Shown here piece by piece: positions 1-10,438 of a stretch of DNA of 64,000 bases. Origin of the DNA: Polyangiales bacterium (GTDB lineage: Bacteria > Myxococcota_A > Polyangia > Polyangiales > Ga0077539); the NCBI GenBank assembly GCA_044229975.1, contig JBGARZ010000018.1, positions 1 through 64,000 on the forward strand, read 5' to 3'. A program made the position numbers and the translations under genes. The notes under the pieces are model-generated. The model made no database searches. It was not told the origin of the DNA and saw only the letters and a list, made by a program, of their open reading frames with translations. The number at the start of each line of letters is the position of its first letter. Position 1 is the first letter of the stretch.

Positions 1-539
1 ACGGCGACGGGCTCGACGGCGATCGCTGCGACGCCAAAACCAACGAGCGCCCGAGCGTCAGCCGGTCACGCCAAGGCGCTCGCCAGGCCGCGCCAACGGA
101 CGTCCGCCATTTCTTGTTGGTAGGTGTTTGACAAGCGCAGTTACGTGCTCGACGGCGCGGCGGGCATCGCGCGCAAGCGCCCCGACGGGAGCGTCGTGGG
201 CGGTGCCCCGGGAGAAACCACGCCACCCGCGCGACTGCGGATGCCGCGACGCTCGCGGTCGGCGGCCGCGTGACCGCGAAGTGCAGCGACCCAAATGCCT
301 CGGGGTCGGTCGGGACCGCGAAGGCGTCGCGGACCGTGTTGCGCTGGTTGAAGATCATCCAAATGCCAGGCGGCGCGGGTGCCGATGGCGTGGGCGGCGG
401 GAGTCACGCGACGATGCGGCGCGTGCGATCGCGATCTTGAGGAGGTCACGCCGATCGATGGGCGTGGCGACACGGGGAGTCACGCGACGAAGGTAACGCT
501 GTTAGCCATGCGAGGGCGACGGCCTACGCCCGCCGGGCG

Positions 540-900
540 ATCACGGAGTGCCCCGTGCACTCTCCGTAGCAGTCCATGTCGCCATTCGTCGGAAGTCCCG
601 AGGTGCGCGCTGACGCGGATCGAAGGCGGCGCCCGTCGACGTGCGCGATGGCGCGCGGCACCGCGTGCCGCTTGAAGACGTAGGCGAGCGCCGTCCGCGC
701 CGCCTCGGTCGCGTAGGCACGGCGCCACGGGCGGCGGAACACGGTCCACCCCCGTTTGTAGGTGCGCCCCGGCGTCTGGCGGAAGAACGCGCCCCTCTTC
801 CCGACGAGCTCACCGGTCTCGCGCGGCGTGATACCCACCAGCCCGCGTCGATCATCGTCCAGACACCCGTCTCGGCCGCGAGGAGGCGCCACGCGGTGCG
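540..900 (-). pseudogene. GNAT (RimJ/RimL-like) acetyltransferase remnant, frameshifted
   Basis: Reads ETGELVG..GAFFR..GWTVFRRPWRRAYATEAARTALAYVF..AIAHVD, then SIRVSAHLG in another frame; no intact N-terminus. Confidence 0.75.
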
Positions 901-1175
901 GCGGTCGGGCACGACGGCGACCCCGCTGCCTGCGGCGGACTTGGGCAGGCGCTCAAGACGCCTGCCCGCGACGTCGGGAATCACAACGTCAGGAAGGTCT
1001 CCATGGCGGCGGCGCGATGCACAAGACCCGGCCGACCGCTCATCGTCACCACCGCGAAGCTCTTGGCTGCGCCCCTCGCGACGAAGGATGAGATGAACCG
1101 CGCGTCGAAGCTCGTCCCGATGCTTTGATAGCGGGCCCAGTGGACAACCGCGGCGGCGGCGGAGACTCTCGACCA

Positions 1176-3239
1176 ATGCCGTACCGGAGCGCTCCGCTGC
1201 ATCGGCCCGACGCGCACGCGCCGCGGCGGACATGGGGCGCGGTGCTGGTGTTGGTGGCTGGCGCCGTGATCGTGCTCACCGGGCGACGCGCAGAGCACGC
1301 GAGTCGACCGCAGCACGCGCGGGAACGGTCGGTCGCGCAGGCGATCGAGGCGGCCCACGCGCGGACGATGGCGAGCGGCGCGCAGGTGGCGGTGCTGCAC
1401 GGCGAGGGCGAGCGCGCGGTGGTGGTGCGACTCCCCGGTCCGCTGGTGCGCCGGGGGGCCGATGTGGTGCACGTGCCGGAGGTGATCCCGGCGCGCGACG
1501 CGGTGGCGCTCATGCCCGACGGCGCGTGGGCTATCGACGCGCGGGGCAACCTCTTCGACGCGTCGAGCGCCTGGGCGGTGGCGGCCTGTTCGCAGCGGCC
1601 GTGCGTCGCGCAGACGGTGCCGGGACACGGCCGCGTGGTGCAGATCACCGTCGACGAAACGGCGCGCCTGGAGGATGGCTCGCTCGCGCGGAGGCGAGAC
1701 AGCGCGTCTGTGGAGTGGCGGGTCGACCCGTCCGCGCACGACGTAGTCGACGTGGTCGACGTGATCGATCGGGGTCCTCCCATCGAACTGCGACGCGATG
1801 GGAGCATCGGTCCATGGACCTTCAGTGCCGGGTCGCGGCGCGTGCCCGATCCGCAGGAGCTGGTGATCGACGATGGCCTGTTCTGTGTGAGAGGTCGTCG
1901 AGGGGACGTGCAGTGCCGCTCCCCGGGACCGTGCGCCCCACAGGAGATCTGCTCTGGCCCGCCTACGATCGTGGAGGGCCTGCCCGCGCGCGCCGCGCAG
2001 ATTGCTGTGGGTCTCAACGGTCTCTGCATGGTCGACTTTGGCGGCCTGCTCTCCTGCACGCGGGCGTCCCGGTACCATCGGATTCCGACGACACCGCCCG
2101 TGCTCACGCCCGAGGGCGGGCTCGGCGCGGTCACCGAGGTCGCGTTCTCCAGCGACGTGGGCTGCGCGCGCCTGCGGGGCGGCGAGGTGCGTTGCTGGGG
2201 CGCCCCGCTGGAGCACGGCGGCGTGGTGCGCCGCGACACGCCCGTCGCCATCCGGGGCCTCGACGCGGTCGAGCGACTGGAGGTCGTGGGTTCGAGGGTG
2301 TGCGCGCTCCAGCGATCGGAGGTGCTCTGCTTCGGGCAGCGGTCGGACGAGCATCACGACGGTCCGTCGGGGTTCCCTGTCCCGCTCGTGCTGGGACGAC
2401 CCGTCACGGAGATCGGGGCCGCTGGACAGCACCTCTGCGTCGTCCTCGCCGGCGGAGGAGTTCGCTGCACCGACGGCGACCCGATCGCGCGGACGTGGCG
2501 CGAGCCCGAGGGCGAGGCGCCCGTAGGTGCGCACGCCCTGGCGTGTACGGACGACCTCGTCTTCGTGCTGGATGATCGATCGCGGGCGTGGCTTGCGGCG
2601 CCCGACGAGGCGCACCTCAGGTTCCTCCGGGTGCCGATCTTCGACGGGTACGAGCGCATCGCGTGGGACCCCCTCATCTGCGCGGTCCGCCCCGACGGCC
2701 TCCGGTGTCCGGGATACCGCGACACCTCGGGGATCAACTGGCGCGCCGAGGAGAGCGAGTGGCGGCTGGCCTTCGAGCAGGCCCGCTCCGCGCTCACGCG
2801 CACCGCTCCCGTGGTCGGAGCGCGGACGCAATCGCTTCGACTACGCGAAGGGGGTACAGGGTGCCCGCCCGAGGTGTCGGAATGCTCCCTACGGGAGGTG
2901 CTCGACGGCGGCGTGCGCGCGACACCCTATTCCGCCAACCCCAGCGATTGCCTGCTCGGGGTGCGCGGCCGCGTCGCCTGCTATTGGAACGGCCACGTCG
3001 ACGGCGGGGTCGTGGACCATATCGTCCGCGGAGAAGAAGATGGAGCGGTGATGCTCGTGCCTGGCCTCGATGACGCGGTCGAGGTCGTGGTCACGGTCCA
3101 GGGCCTCGCCTGCGCCCGCCGCGCGACGGGCGGTGTCGTCTGTTGGGGCCGCAACAGCGACGGCGTGCTCACCGCCGCCGACCACCCCGACCACTTCGAA
3201 CGCTACCGCCTCGACGACCTTCTCTCTCGCGCCCGCTGA
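1176..3239 (+). CDS. Membrane-anchored RCC1/BLIP-II-like repeat protein
   Basis: N-terminal TM segment; motifs CARLRGGEVRCWG and CARRATGGVVCWGRN; paralogue of 45785..47944; start set at ATG 1176 (MPYRS). Confidence 0.8.
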   Translation: MPYRSAPLHRPDAHAPRRTWGAVLVLVAGAVIVLTGRRAEHASRPQHARERSVAQAIEAAHARTMASGAQVAVLHGEGERAVVVRLPGPLVRRGADVVHVPEVIPARDAVALMPDGAWAIDARGNLFDASSAWAVAACSQRPCVAQTVPGHGRVVQITVDETARLEDGSLARRRDSASVEWRVDPSAHDVVDVVDVIDRGPPIELRRDGSIGPWTFSAGSRRVPDPQELVIDDGLFCVRGRRGDVQCRSPGPCAPQEICSGPPTIVEGLPARAAQIAVGLNGLCMVDFGGLLSCTRASRYHRIPTTPPVLTPEGGLGAVTEVAFSSDVGCARLRGGEVRCWGAPLEHGGVVRRDTPVAIRGLDAVERLEVVGSRVCALQRSEVLCFGQRSDEHHDGPSGFPVPLVLGRPVTEIGAAGQHLCVVLAGGGVRCTDGDPIARTWREPEGEAPVGAHALACTDDLVFVLDDRSRAWLAAPDEAHLRFLRVPIFDGYERIAWDPLICAVRPDGLRCPGYRDTSGINWRAEESEWRLAFEQARSALTRTAPVVGARTQSLRLREGGTGCPPEVSECSLREVLDGGVRATPYSANPSDCLLGVRGRVACYWNGHVDGGVVDHIVRGEEDGAVMLVPGLDDAVEVVVTVQGLACARRATGGVVCWGRNSDGVLTAADHPDHFERYRLDDLLSRAR

Positions 3240-3240
3240 C

Positions 3241-3700
3241 TCAGCCCCGCGCCGCCCACCCGCGCACGATGGCGTCGATGGTGGCCAGGTCGCGCTCGCT
3301 GTCGAGGTGCTACCACGCCCCCGCGAAACGGAAACGCCTCCAGCTGCTGCTCCTTCACGAGCCCTTCCAGCACGGTGGTCTCCAGCTCCGCGCCCGCCGC
3401 CCAGTAGTCCCGCGACAGCGCCTCGCGGCGGAAGAAGTAGAAGCCCCCGTTGATGTGGTCGTTGAGCAGCACTGGCTTCGCCGCGAAGCCGCGCACCGTC
3501 GTCTCGCCATACCGCAACCCCACCACGCGGAAGCGCGTCGGCAGGTCGGTGGCCACCAGCGTCGCCAGCCACCCGTGCCGCTCGTGGCAGGCCCGCACCT
3601 CCGCGAGATCGATGTCGCTCATCGTGTCGCCGTAGGTCACCGCGAAGCTCGCGTCGTCGCCCAGCCGATCGCTCACCCGCCGCACGCGCTCGCAGGGCAG
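3241..3700 (-). pseudogene. Sugar-phosphate nucleotidyltransferase (RfbF-like) C-terminal half
   Basis: FAVTYGDTMSDID and INGGFYFF, then a frameshift and W*HLDSERDL; 5' half missing. Confidence 0.8.
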
Positions 3701-3857
3701 CGCGCGACGGCTACCCCGAGGCGCACTCGCGGGACAGCGAGGCGACGTGGGTGGCGGTCCCGCCGGGGCAGTGCTTGGTGCTGCGGGTGGGTCGACGACG
3801 GCTGGTCGGGGCCGGTCTACGCCAACTGCGGGCTGTAAGGGCGGGGAGCCCGCGCCG

Positions 3858-4691
3858 CTACCTGCCCACGATCGCGACGGCCGATGCAACAGCGAGGACG
3901 ACCGCTCCGCCCGCCACCACCGCGTGTGTTCGTCGCACGTCACGTTCGAGATCGTCGCGGAGGTCGTCGACGCCTTCGCTGCTGTTGCGGCGGTAGGCGG
4001 TCGTGTCCGCATCAGGACGCCGCGGACCTCGGGCGGCGAGGGTGCGCGCGCGGTGCAGCCACGCGAAGGTCAGCAGCGCGACCACGCCTGCGAGGACGGT
4101 CGTCTCCCGCGGCGGAAGCGCCGGGCGGAACCGCGGAGGCCGGGCGACGCGGACGAAGATCAGAGGCGGCGGGAAGACCATCCCGGGCCGGGAGGCTGCT
4201 CCAGATTCGCCGCGACTGGGGTCCCACGGACCGCTCGACAGGTCGACCGTGTGCGGACAGTCGAACACGTACCCGCCCCCGTCGGGCGAGCGGCCTCGGC
4301 GAAAGGTGTTCTGGATGGTCTCGACGAGGACGCAGCGCCACGGACCGAAGCCGCACTCCTGGTGGGGCGAGAGCCCCTCTGCGTTGACCGTCCGGCATTG
4401 AAGCACGATGGGGCCGCAGCGCGCCGTCCGGGGGAACGGCGGCTCCCCGTCGGGGCGCGCAACCCAGTCGGATTACGCCTCGCACCGGAGCGGCTCCCGG
4501 GGGAACAACGAGCGGTCGCTCGCCTCAGGTGGGTGCAGGCCGACCATCGGAGCCCGCAGCGGCGTCGCGACGAAGAGCCCGCGCAGCGATCGCACGCGAG
4601 GCGCGACCGCGGCGGCGAGCCACATCATCGGGACGACGACCAGCAGCGCGCTCGTGCACCGCTCCAGTCTCGACCAGCGTCTCGGACCCAC
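3858..4691 (-). pseudogene. Membrane protein (TM, Cys-containing loop, TMs) with one in-frame TAA at 4473-4475
   Basis: ORFs 4473..4979 and 3858..4406 share a frame; GTG 4691 is preceded by TACAAC 7 nt upstream. Confidence 0.55.
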
Positions 4692-4749
4692 GGCGTCGGT
4701 TGTATCCCGCCCGCGTCGGAAATGCCGACCGCCCCGCCGCCAGGGTCGC

Positions 4750-4860
4750 TTCAGCGCCGCGCAATCTGCACCACGAGCCAGTCGTCGTCCGACGCCGCGT
4801 CGTCGAGTCCGAGCGGGCCGCTCGTGTTCTCGCCCCAGCACCACGCGACGCTGCCAGCGA
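4750..4860 (-). pseudogene. RCC1-type repeat C-terminal fragment
   Basis: Reads AWCWGENTSGPLGLDD...QIARR*. Confidence 0.5.
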
Positions 4861-5064
4861 GCTCTCCAACGGGCGGGCATGGAGCTTCCGGTGTACGTCG
4901 CTGACAGGTGAACTTCGCGGCCTGGGCGACTTGTAGACCCGAGCGAATCCGTGCCGAATCGCGTGGGCCGTTGGAGCACCTACCAACCTCCGCGGTGGCG
5001 GACTGGCTGCCGTCGCGGCGGACCTAGCGCAGCCCGCGACGGCGGACGCAGCCGTGATGAGCGC

Positions 5065-6474
5065 TCAACGCCACGAGACGACCTCCACGGCGCGGGTCCT
5101 GCCGTTCCAGTTGAACAGGAACACGGGCTGCTCCTCGGGGCCGACGGGCTCGTCGTGAAGTGACACGAGGAGCGTCACCCGCCCGTCTTCGCAGTTCAGC
5201 GGGCCGAGGTGCCAGGCCATCCCCGCGGGTAGCGGCGGGCTCACCCAAGGAGGCCCCTCGGAGGCCCCGCCCGAGGCGAAGTCGAAGCGCCTCAGGCCGA
5301 GCGTTCGACGCCCCGAATCGTCCTCGTCGCTGAGCGCCCACGCCGCGCCGCCGCACACGATCATGCGTTGGAAGTCGCGCTCCCCGAGATCGACGGTGCG
5401 CGTTCGCGGCGCCCCCCGTGCGTCGAAGGTGGTCAGGACGAGCCGCGGGCCATCGGCGAAGCGGGAGTCGAGCGTCGCCACCCGGAGCACCGCCTCGCGA
5501 AGCTCCATCGCGCGAAGGTGGGTGGTCAGCTCCTGGGCCCCCGTCGGGGCCCGGGAGCTGCGGCGCCAGCGCGGGCGGAACGCCGCGTCGAAGACGGCCA
5601 CGTCGAGGAACTCCTCGGGCGCCAGGCCGGCGCGCCGCCAGAGCGCCACCGCGCTCGCGCCGCGCGTGCGGTGCACCAGCAGGTCGACGGGGATCAGCTC
5701 GCGGTCGGACCGCGCGTACCTCCACGTCGCGGGCGGCCCGTACCGTGGCCGCGAGCGCCCGTCGGCGGCCGGCTCGACGTGCGACACGTAGACCACCCCG
5801 CGGCCGCACGCCGAGGGCCAGACGTTGCCGACGATGCCGTGCAGGCCGCCGTCCACGAACCAATCGCCCCGCGGGGGCACGACGCCGTACCCGCACTGAT
5901 ACTCGGAGGGGACGATGGCGCCTTGGCCGCCGAGCGGGACGAGCTGCGGGCGGCCGAACGCCGCCGCCAACGCCCGCACCGACGCGCTGACCAGACTGAC
6001 CCCGTCGTACGCGGCCCACTCGGAGCCGTAGGAGGCCGGCGGCTCGTTGTCCCGGAGGCTCGGCGCCAGCAGGCCCTCCCATTGAGCGTCGCCCGCGGCG
6101 CGCGTCTCGGTCAGGTCGAGGGTCTGCGCGCGCACGACGGACAGCGCGCGGCCCGACAGCTCCGCGAGGCGGAGGCTGTAGCGCACAGCGGCCCCCGCAC
6201 GCGTCGTCTGGGAGAAGACCAGGACGCGGCGCGCCCCCATGCGCGTCAGGCCCAGGAGTCTGCCGTCGTACAGCTCGGACGGCACCGGGGCCATCGCGTC
6301 GAGCGCCGTGGGCGGGCGGGCGGCGGGGATCGAGGGCGCGGCGCCCACCGCGACGGCCTCGACCGGGACCGCAGGTCGGGAGATCGGTGCGGCGCGACCG
6401 GGCGGGGGCATCGTGACGCCGCGGCATGCCGTGAGTTCAACGAGGAGTACGAGGAGAGGGCCGATCCCGCGCAT
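5065..6474 (-). CDS. Putative lipoprotein, unknown function
   Basis: MRGIGPLLVLLVELTAC lipobox-like start, Pro/Ala linker, then a beta-rich body. Confidence 0.7.
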   Translation of the reverse strand: MRGIGPLLVLLVELTACRGVTMPPPGRAAPISRPAVPVEAVAVGAAPSIPAARPPTALDAMAPVPSELYDGRLLGLTRMGARRVLVFSQTTRAGAAVRYSLRLAELSGRALSVVRAQTLDLTETRAAGDAQWEGLLAPSLRDNEPPASYGSEWAAYDGVSLVSASVRALAAAFGRPQLVPLGGQGAIVPSEYQCGYGVVPPRGDWFVDGGLHGIVGNVWPSACGRGVVYVSHVEPAADGRSRPRYGPPATWRYARSDRELIPVDLLVHRTRGASAVALWRRAGLAPEEFLDVAVFDAAFRPRWRRSSRAPTGAQELTTHLRAMELREAVLRVATLDSRFADGPRLVLTTFDARGAPRTRTVDLGERDFQRMIVCGGAAWALSDEDDSGRRTLGLRRFDFASGGASEGPPWVSPPLPAGMAWHLGPLNCEDGRVTLLVSLHDEPVGPEEQPVFLFNWNGRTRAVEVVSWR

Positions 6475-6571
6475 GGTCCCTACCAAGGTACAACCCCGGT
6501 TCCGAATCGGGGGAAGCGACCTGCATCGCGCGTAGCCACATCGGACCGACGGGACGGAGGACGACATGCTG

Positions 6572-6844
6572 CTACGGGCGGCAGACCCAGCGGGCGCCCT
6601 TTTCGCCGCCGGGAAAGGCGAACGCCACGTTCGTGCAGCGCCGGCCAGACGGGCAGCGCAGCCCTCACCGGCCGTAGGAGAGAGGGCCGTCGGTCGGGAT
6701 CGGGATGGCGGGGATGTCTCCGGCGTCGTGCACCGCGCAGGCGGGGGGCTCGACCGAACCGTCCATGCCCGGCGCGCCGGAGCCATTGTTGGTGGAGCTA
6801 CCGCACCCGAGGAGCGCGACCACGAGAACGACCGATACCCTCAC
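6572..6844 (-). pseudogene. Small Cys-rich lipoprotein with in-frame TGA at 6665-6667
   Basis: VRVSVVLVVALLGC lipobox; LSYGR*GLRCPSGRRC resembles a decayed CGxCGxxCPxGxxC motif. Confidence 0.5.
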
Positions 6845-7134
6845 TCCCACCCCGTCTGGCGCTGATCGCGCGGCGGGGGATAGGAGGCCCGGCTCATGGG
6901 CCCTCCAAGGTGAAGCGGTGGGCGGCCTCTTGCCTGGACCAGACGGAGGTGATGGTGGCCGCGTACCGCTCGTGCACGGCAGCGGGGCGGTGCAGCGCGC
7001 CGAATCCGTATCGGTGATCCAAGGTGACGCGCGAGCGGCTCTCCCTGACATCGCGCGGGTGACGGAGCAGGAGGTGAGCGCCTCTTGAGCCCCGCGCAGC
7101 GTGCAGCCCTGGCGGTGAGGGCGACGCGCGTCGG

Positions 7135-9384
7135 TCAGGGGGTGAAGCCGACCGAGAACAGGTAGCTGGAGACGGCGTTGGAGCCGGAGACGCATACGAC
7201 GTAGCGGCCCGCCACGAGGTTGCGCGCCGTCGCGCGGACGGCGGGGTCGACGACCGGGCAGAGGCCGAACCCGTCGGTGTTGTCCTCGGAGATGACGGTG
7301 CCGCCACTCGAACTGTAGATGACGACCTGCGGGTCGGGCCCGCCGGCCGGGCAGCCCGGCGTGGCCGGGAGCTGCACCTGCGCGAAGATCGACGCGCCCG
7401 CCGGGAGGGTGATGCCCACGCAGTCGCGGTCGCCCGGCGCGAGGCTCCCGCTGAACACCGCCCCCGCCGTCACGGTCGGCGTCGCCGTCACCTGCGAGTC
7501 GTTGGGCTCCGTCTCCGGCACGGCCGCCGTGCAGGCGCCCGCGGTGACGGTCAGCGGCACGCACGCCGAGCTCGCCGGGCACGCGGTGCCGCGACCGGCC
7601 CAGTCGCAGGTCTCGCTCATCCACACCGGGCGCAGGCACCATCCCTCGGCGAGGTCGTCCGACGAGCAGATCAGGCCGGGCAGGCAGCGCGGCAAGGTGA
7701 CGCGGCAGGAGCCGCCCGGGATGCCGACAGCCGCGCAGACCATCGAGCCGCCCGACGACATGCAGGTGGTCCCGCTCGCGCAGAGGCTCGCACCGGTGCA
7801 CGCCCCGCCGAGCGGCGTCGCCGTCACGCAGCGCGCGGCGGCGTTGAGCACGTTCCCGTTGCACGCCACCGCGCCGTCGCAGGCGAGGCCCGCCGTGCGG
7901 CAGCGGCCGCCCAGGCTGCCGTTGACCAGGCACGTTCGGCTCGCGCCCGACGCGATGCAGGTGGTCCCGCTGACGCAGGGGGTCCCCGCGGGACAAGCGC
8001 CGCCGACCGGCGACGCCACGATGCAACGTGAAGTGACGCCGGCGGCCGCCCCGCTGCACGCCGCCGTGCCGTCGCAGGCGAGGCCCGTCGTGCGGCAGCG
8101 GCCGTCCAGGCTGCCGTCGGCCATGCAGGTGGTGTTGCCCGCGACCGAGACGCAGGAGCTGCCGCCGACGCAGGGGACGCCCGCGCCGGTCGCGTCGCAG
8201 GCCGTGCCCACCGCGAGGGCCGTTCGGCAGCGCGAGGCGGCGCTGGCGACCGCGCCGCTGCACGCGAGGCCGGCGTCGCAGGCCGCGTCCGTCGCGCGGC
8301 AGCGGCCACCTACGGCGCCGTCGGCCACGCAGGAGCTGCCGCCCGACGCGGTGAGGCAGGTGCCGCCGGCTGCGCAGACGTTGGTGCCGCCGGTGGGGTC
8401 GCAGGTCCCGCCGACCGCGACGGTGGCGCGGCAGCGTAAGGAGGAGGGGCTCGCGACCGTGCCGCTGCACCCGAGGCCGGCGTCGCAGGCGAGACCGACG
8501 GTGCGGCAGCGGCCGCCCACGGCGCCGTCGGCGATGCAGGTGCCCGTCGTGGTCGAGGTGCCGGTCGGGATGCAGCGGAGGTCCGTCACGCAGGTCGAGG
8601 CATCGCGCGGGTCGCACGCACCGCCCGCGGTTGCAGGGGCCACCTCGGTCACAGTGAGCTCGAACGCGCCCGTGGGCCGGTCAGCGCCGTAGCCGGCGAC
8701 GAGGATGAAGACCGGCGCCCCGGCGGCGACCGGCGCGGCGGTGGTGAACACCGAGGTGAAATCGCGCGCGCCTTCGCCGCCGTCGTCGTCGCAGCCGAGC
8801 GGCACGCCGACCGTCGAGGCGCAGGTGGACAGCGCCCAGACCACGGTGTCGAGCCCCGCGACGGTGCCCACGTTGTCCGTGGAGACCCGCAGCCGTCTAG
8901 CCGCGCGCGGCGTGTACCGGAACGCGATCTGGTGGCTGACCCTGGAGGAGCCGAGGGTGCACGTCGGCGCGCGCAAGGAGGTGCTGGTCCCGACCGACGT
9001 GTTGTCGCCGGCGTAGCTGGTGGTCTGACCTGAGAGGGTGCCCGCCGCGTTGAGGTCGATGATCGACCCCACTGCGCAGGGGTCGACCGCCGGGCCATTG
9101 TCGCGCACGCCCGTGTCGGTGCCGGCGTCGGGGCGGCCTGCCTCAACGCTCGCGTCGGTGCGACCCGCGTCAATGGAGGAGACGTCGTCCGAGAACGTGC
9201 CTTCGTCGCCGGGGAAGCCGTTGTCGCGCACGCCCAGGTCGGGGAGGCCCGGGCCGGAATCGGTCTTGTCGACGGCGCCGACGTCCGCTTCGGGCCCCGA
9301 GTCGGAGGGGGTTCGGTCGCCCCCGCACGCTGGGACCAACGCCGCTAGGACCACTGGGAGCCATCGCCGAGTCGACCGCTTCAT
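7135..9384 (-). CDS. Cys-rich repeat lipoprotein with flanking beta-sandwich (PPC-like) domains
   Basis: LVPACGG lipobox; GCDDDG and ETEPND motifs; five Cys-rich repeats; GAGGTG SD-like site upstream. Confidence 0.85.
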   Translation of the reverse strand: MKRSTRRWLPVVLAALVPACGGDRTPSDSGPEADVGAVDKTDSGPGLPDLGVRDNGFPGDEGTFSDDVSSIDAGRTDASVEAGRPDAGTDTGVRDNGPAVDPCAVGSIIDLNAAGTLSGQTTSYAGDNTSVGTSTSLRAPTCTLGSSRVSHQIAFRYTPRAARRLRVSTDNVGTVAGLDTVVWALSTCASTVGVPLGCDDDGGEGARDFTSVFTTAAPVAAGAPVFILVAGYGADRPTGAFELTVTEVAPATAGGACDPRDASTCVTDLRCIPTGTSTTTGTCIADGAVGGRCRTVGLACDAGLGCSGTVASPSSLRCRATVAVGGTCDPTGGTNVCAAGGTCLTASGGSSCVADGAVGGRCRATDAACDAGLACSGAVASAASRCRTALAVGTACDATGAGVPCVGGSSCVSVAGNTTCMADGSLDGRCRTTGLACDGTAACSGAAAGVTSRCIVASPVGGACPAGTPCVSGTTCIASGASRTCLVNGSLGGRCRTAGLACDGAVACNGNVLNAAARCVTATPLGGACTGASLCASGTTCMSSGGSMVCAAVGIPGGSCRVTLPRCLPGLICSSDDLAEGWCLRPVWMSETCDWAGRGTACPASSACVPLTVTAGACTAAVPETEPNDSQVTATPTVTAGAVFSGSLAPGDRDCVGITLPAGASIFAQVQLPATPGCPAGGPDPQVVIYSSSGGTVISEDNTDGFGLCPVVDPAVRATARNLVAGRYVVCVSGSNAVSSYLFSVGFTP
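7650..8630 (-). repeat. About five intragenic tandem Cys-rich repeats, each slightly over 60 aa
   Basis: CIADGAVGGRCR, CVADGAVGGRCR, CMADGSLDGRCR, CLVNGSLGGRCR, CAAVGIPGGSCR. Confidence 0.85.
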
Positions 9385-9547
9385 GCGCACCTCGCGGGAA
9401 GGGGGATGCGGTCACACGGAACGCGCGCCCCCGTCAACCCGCGGCGCGGGACCGAGAGGTCGAACCCGCCCCGCTCTGTGGCCGGGTGCATGCCCGACTT
9501 CGAGTAAACGATCCTCGTTTCCTGGATGGGAAACTGGTTGCTCAGAC

Positions 9548-9602
9548 CGCGAAGTTCCCTGCCCCGCGGCAGCGCCCGCGAGCACCCGCGACGCCGCCCT
9601 GG
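9548..9602 (+). repeat. Dispersed junction repeat copy A (3' part only)
   Basis: ...ttccctgccccgcggcagcgcccgcgagcacccgcgacgccgccctgg. Confidence 0.8.
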
Positions 9603-9831
9603 CAGCGCGCGCGTCGGCACCCGCGACGTGGCCGCCCAGTCCGCCGTGAAGCTCGTCGACACCGTCGCCGCGCCGCTGGAGAATGGCTCCGACGAGGGCA
9701 AGTTCCTGCTGCTCCAGGGGCGGCCCATCGCCGAACCCGTCGCGCAGCACGGGCCCTTCGTGATGGACACCCGCGCGTAGATCCAGCAGGCCTTCTCGGA
9801 CTGCCAGCGCACCCGCTTCGGCGGCTGGCCC
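9601..9831 (+). pseudogene. Pirin C-terminal fragment
   Basis: [42 protein letters not shown]; starts at the end of repeat A. Confidence 0.85.
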
Positions 9832-9861
9832 CGTCCGATCAGCGGCCCTGTGCCCGGCGCT

Positions 9862-10152
9862 CTAGCGGATGCGCCAGCGCTCGACGACCACGCTCCCATC
9901 GCGTGTTGCGGTGACGGTCACGACGCCCGCGTCGCGGTCGATCACCATCGCGTACGGGAGGTTGTCGCGCGGGAACGGCGCCCGCCCGGGAGACTCGTCG
10001 GCGTGGTGCGATCCGACGTAGGCCCCGGCCCGCACCGGGACGCGCTGGAGCGGCGGGCAGACGATGCCGTCACAGGAGGTCACGTCGCTGCCGAGGCATC
10101 CCCCCGCGGCGATCGCGAGCGCGCCGATCAATAGGCTACCGGCCCTGGTCAT
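9862..10152 (-). CDS. Small putative lipoprotein
   Basis: LAIAAGGC lipobox; last gene of an overlapping three-gene run. Confidence 0.65.
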   Translation of the reverse strand: MTRAGSLLIGALAIAAGGCLGSDVTSCDGIVCPPLQRVPVRAGAYVGSHHADESPGRAPFPRDNLPYAMVIDRDAGVVTVTATRDGSVVVERWRIR

Positions 10153-10438
10153 ATCGCCCGCTCCCCCGTCCTGTCTCGCTCCCGCGTCCCTGCCAGCGAA
10201 ACGTCAGCGCCTCGCCGTTGGAGTCGGGGTGGAGCGTCACGTCGTACGTCTGCCAGGGCGTGAGATCGGTGGACGCCGCGCCGTCGACGGTGACGGACTC
10301 GAGTTCCAGCGTGAGCAGCTCCTGATCGTAGAGTCGGCACTGACAGGCCGAGGCGCGCTCGCCCCACGAGAGCGCGACGGCCGCGCCCAGCGCCAGCGCG
10401 CACAGCCGTCGCGTCGCGACGAGACCGAGGAGCCTCAT
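10136..10438 (-). CDS. Small secreted protein
   Basis: Signal peptide ending ASA-CQC; ATGA overlap with the upstream gene. Confidence 0.65.
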   Translation of the reverse strand: MRLLGLVATRRLCALALGAAVALSWGERASACQCRLYDQELLTLELESVTVDGAASTDLTPWQTYDVTLHPDSNGEALTFRWQGRGSETGRGSGRYDQGR

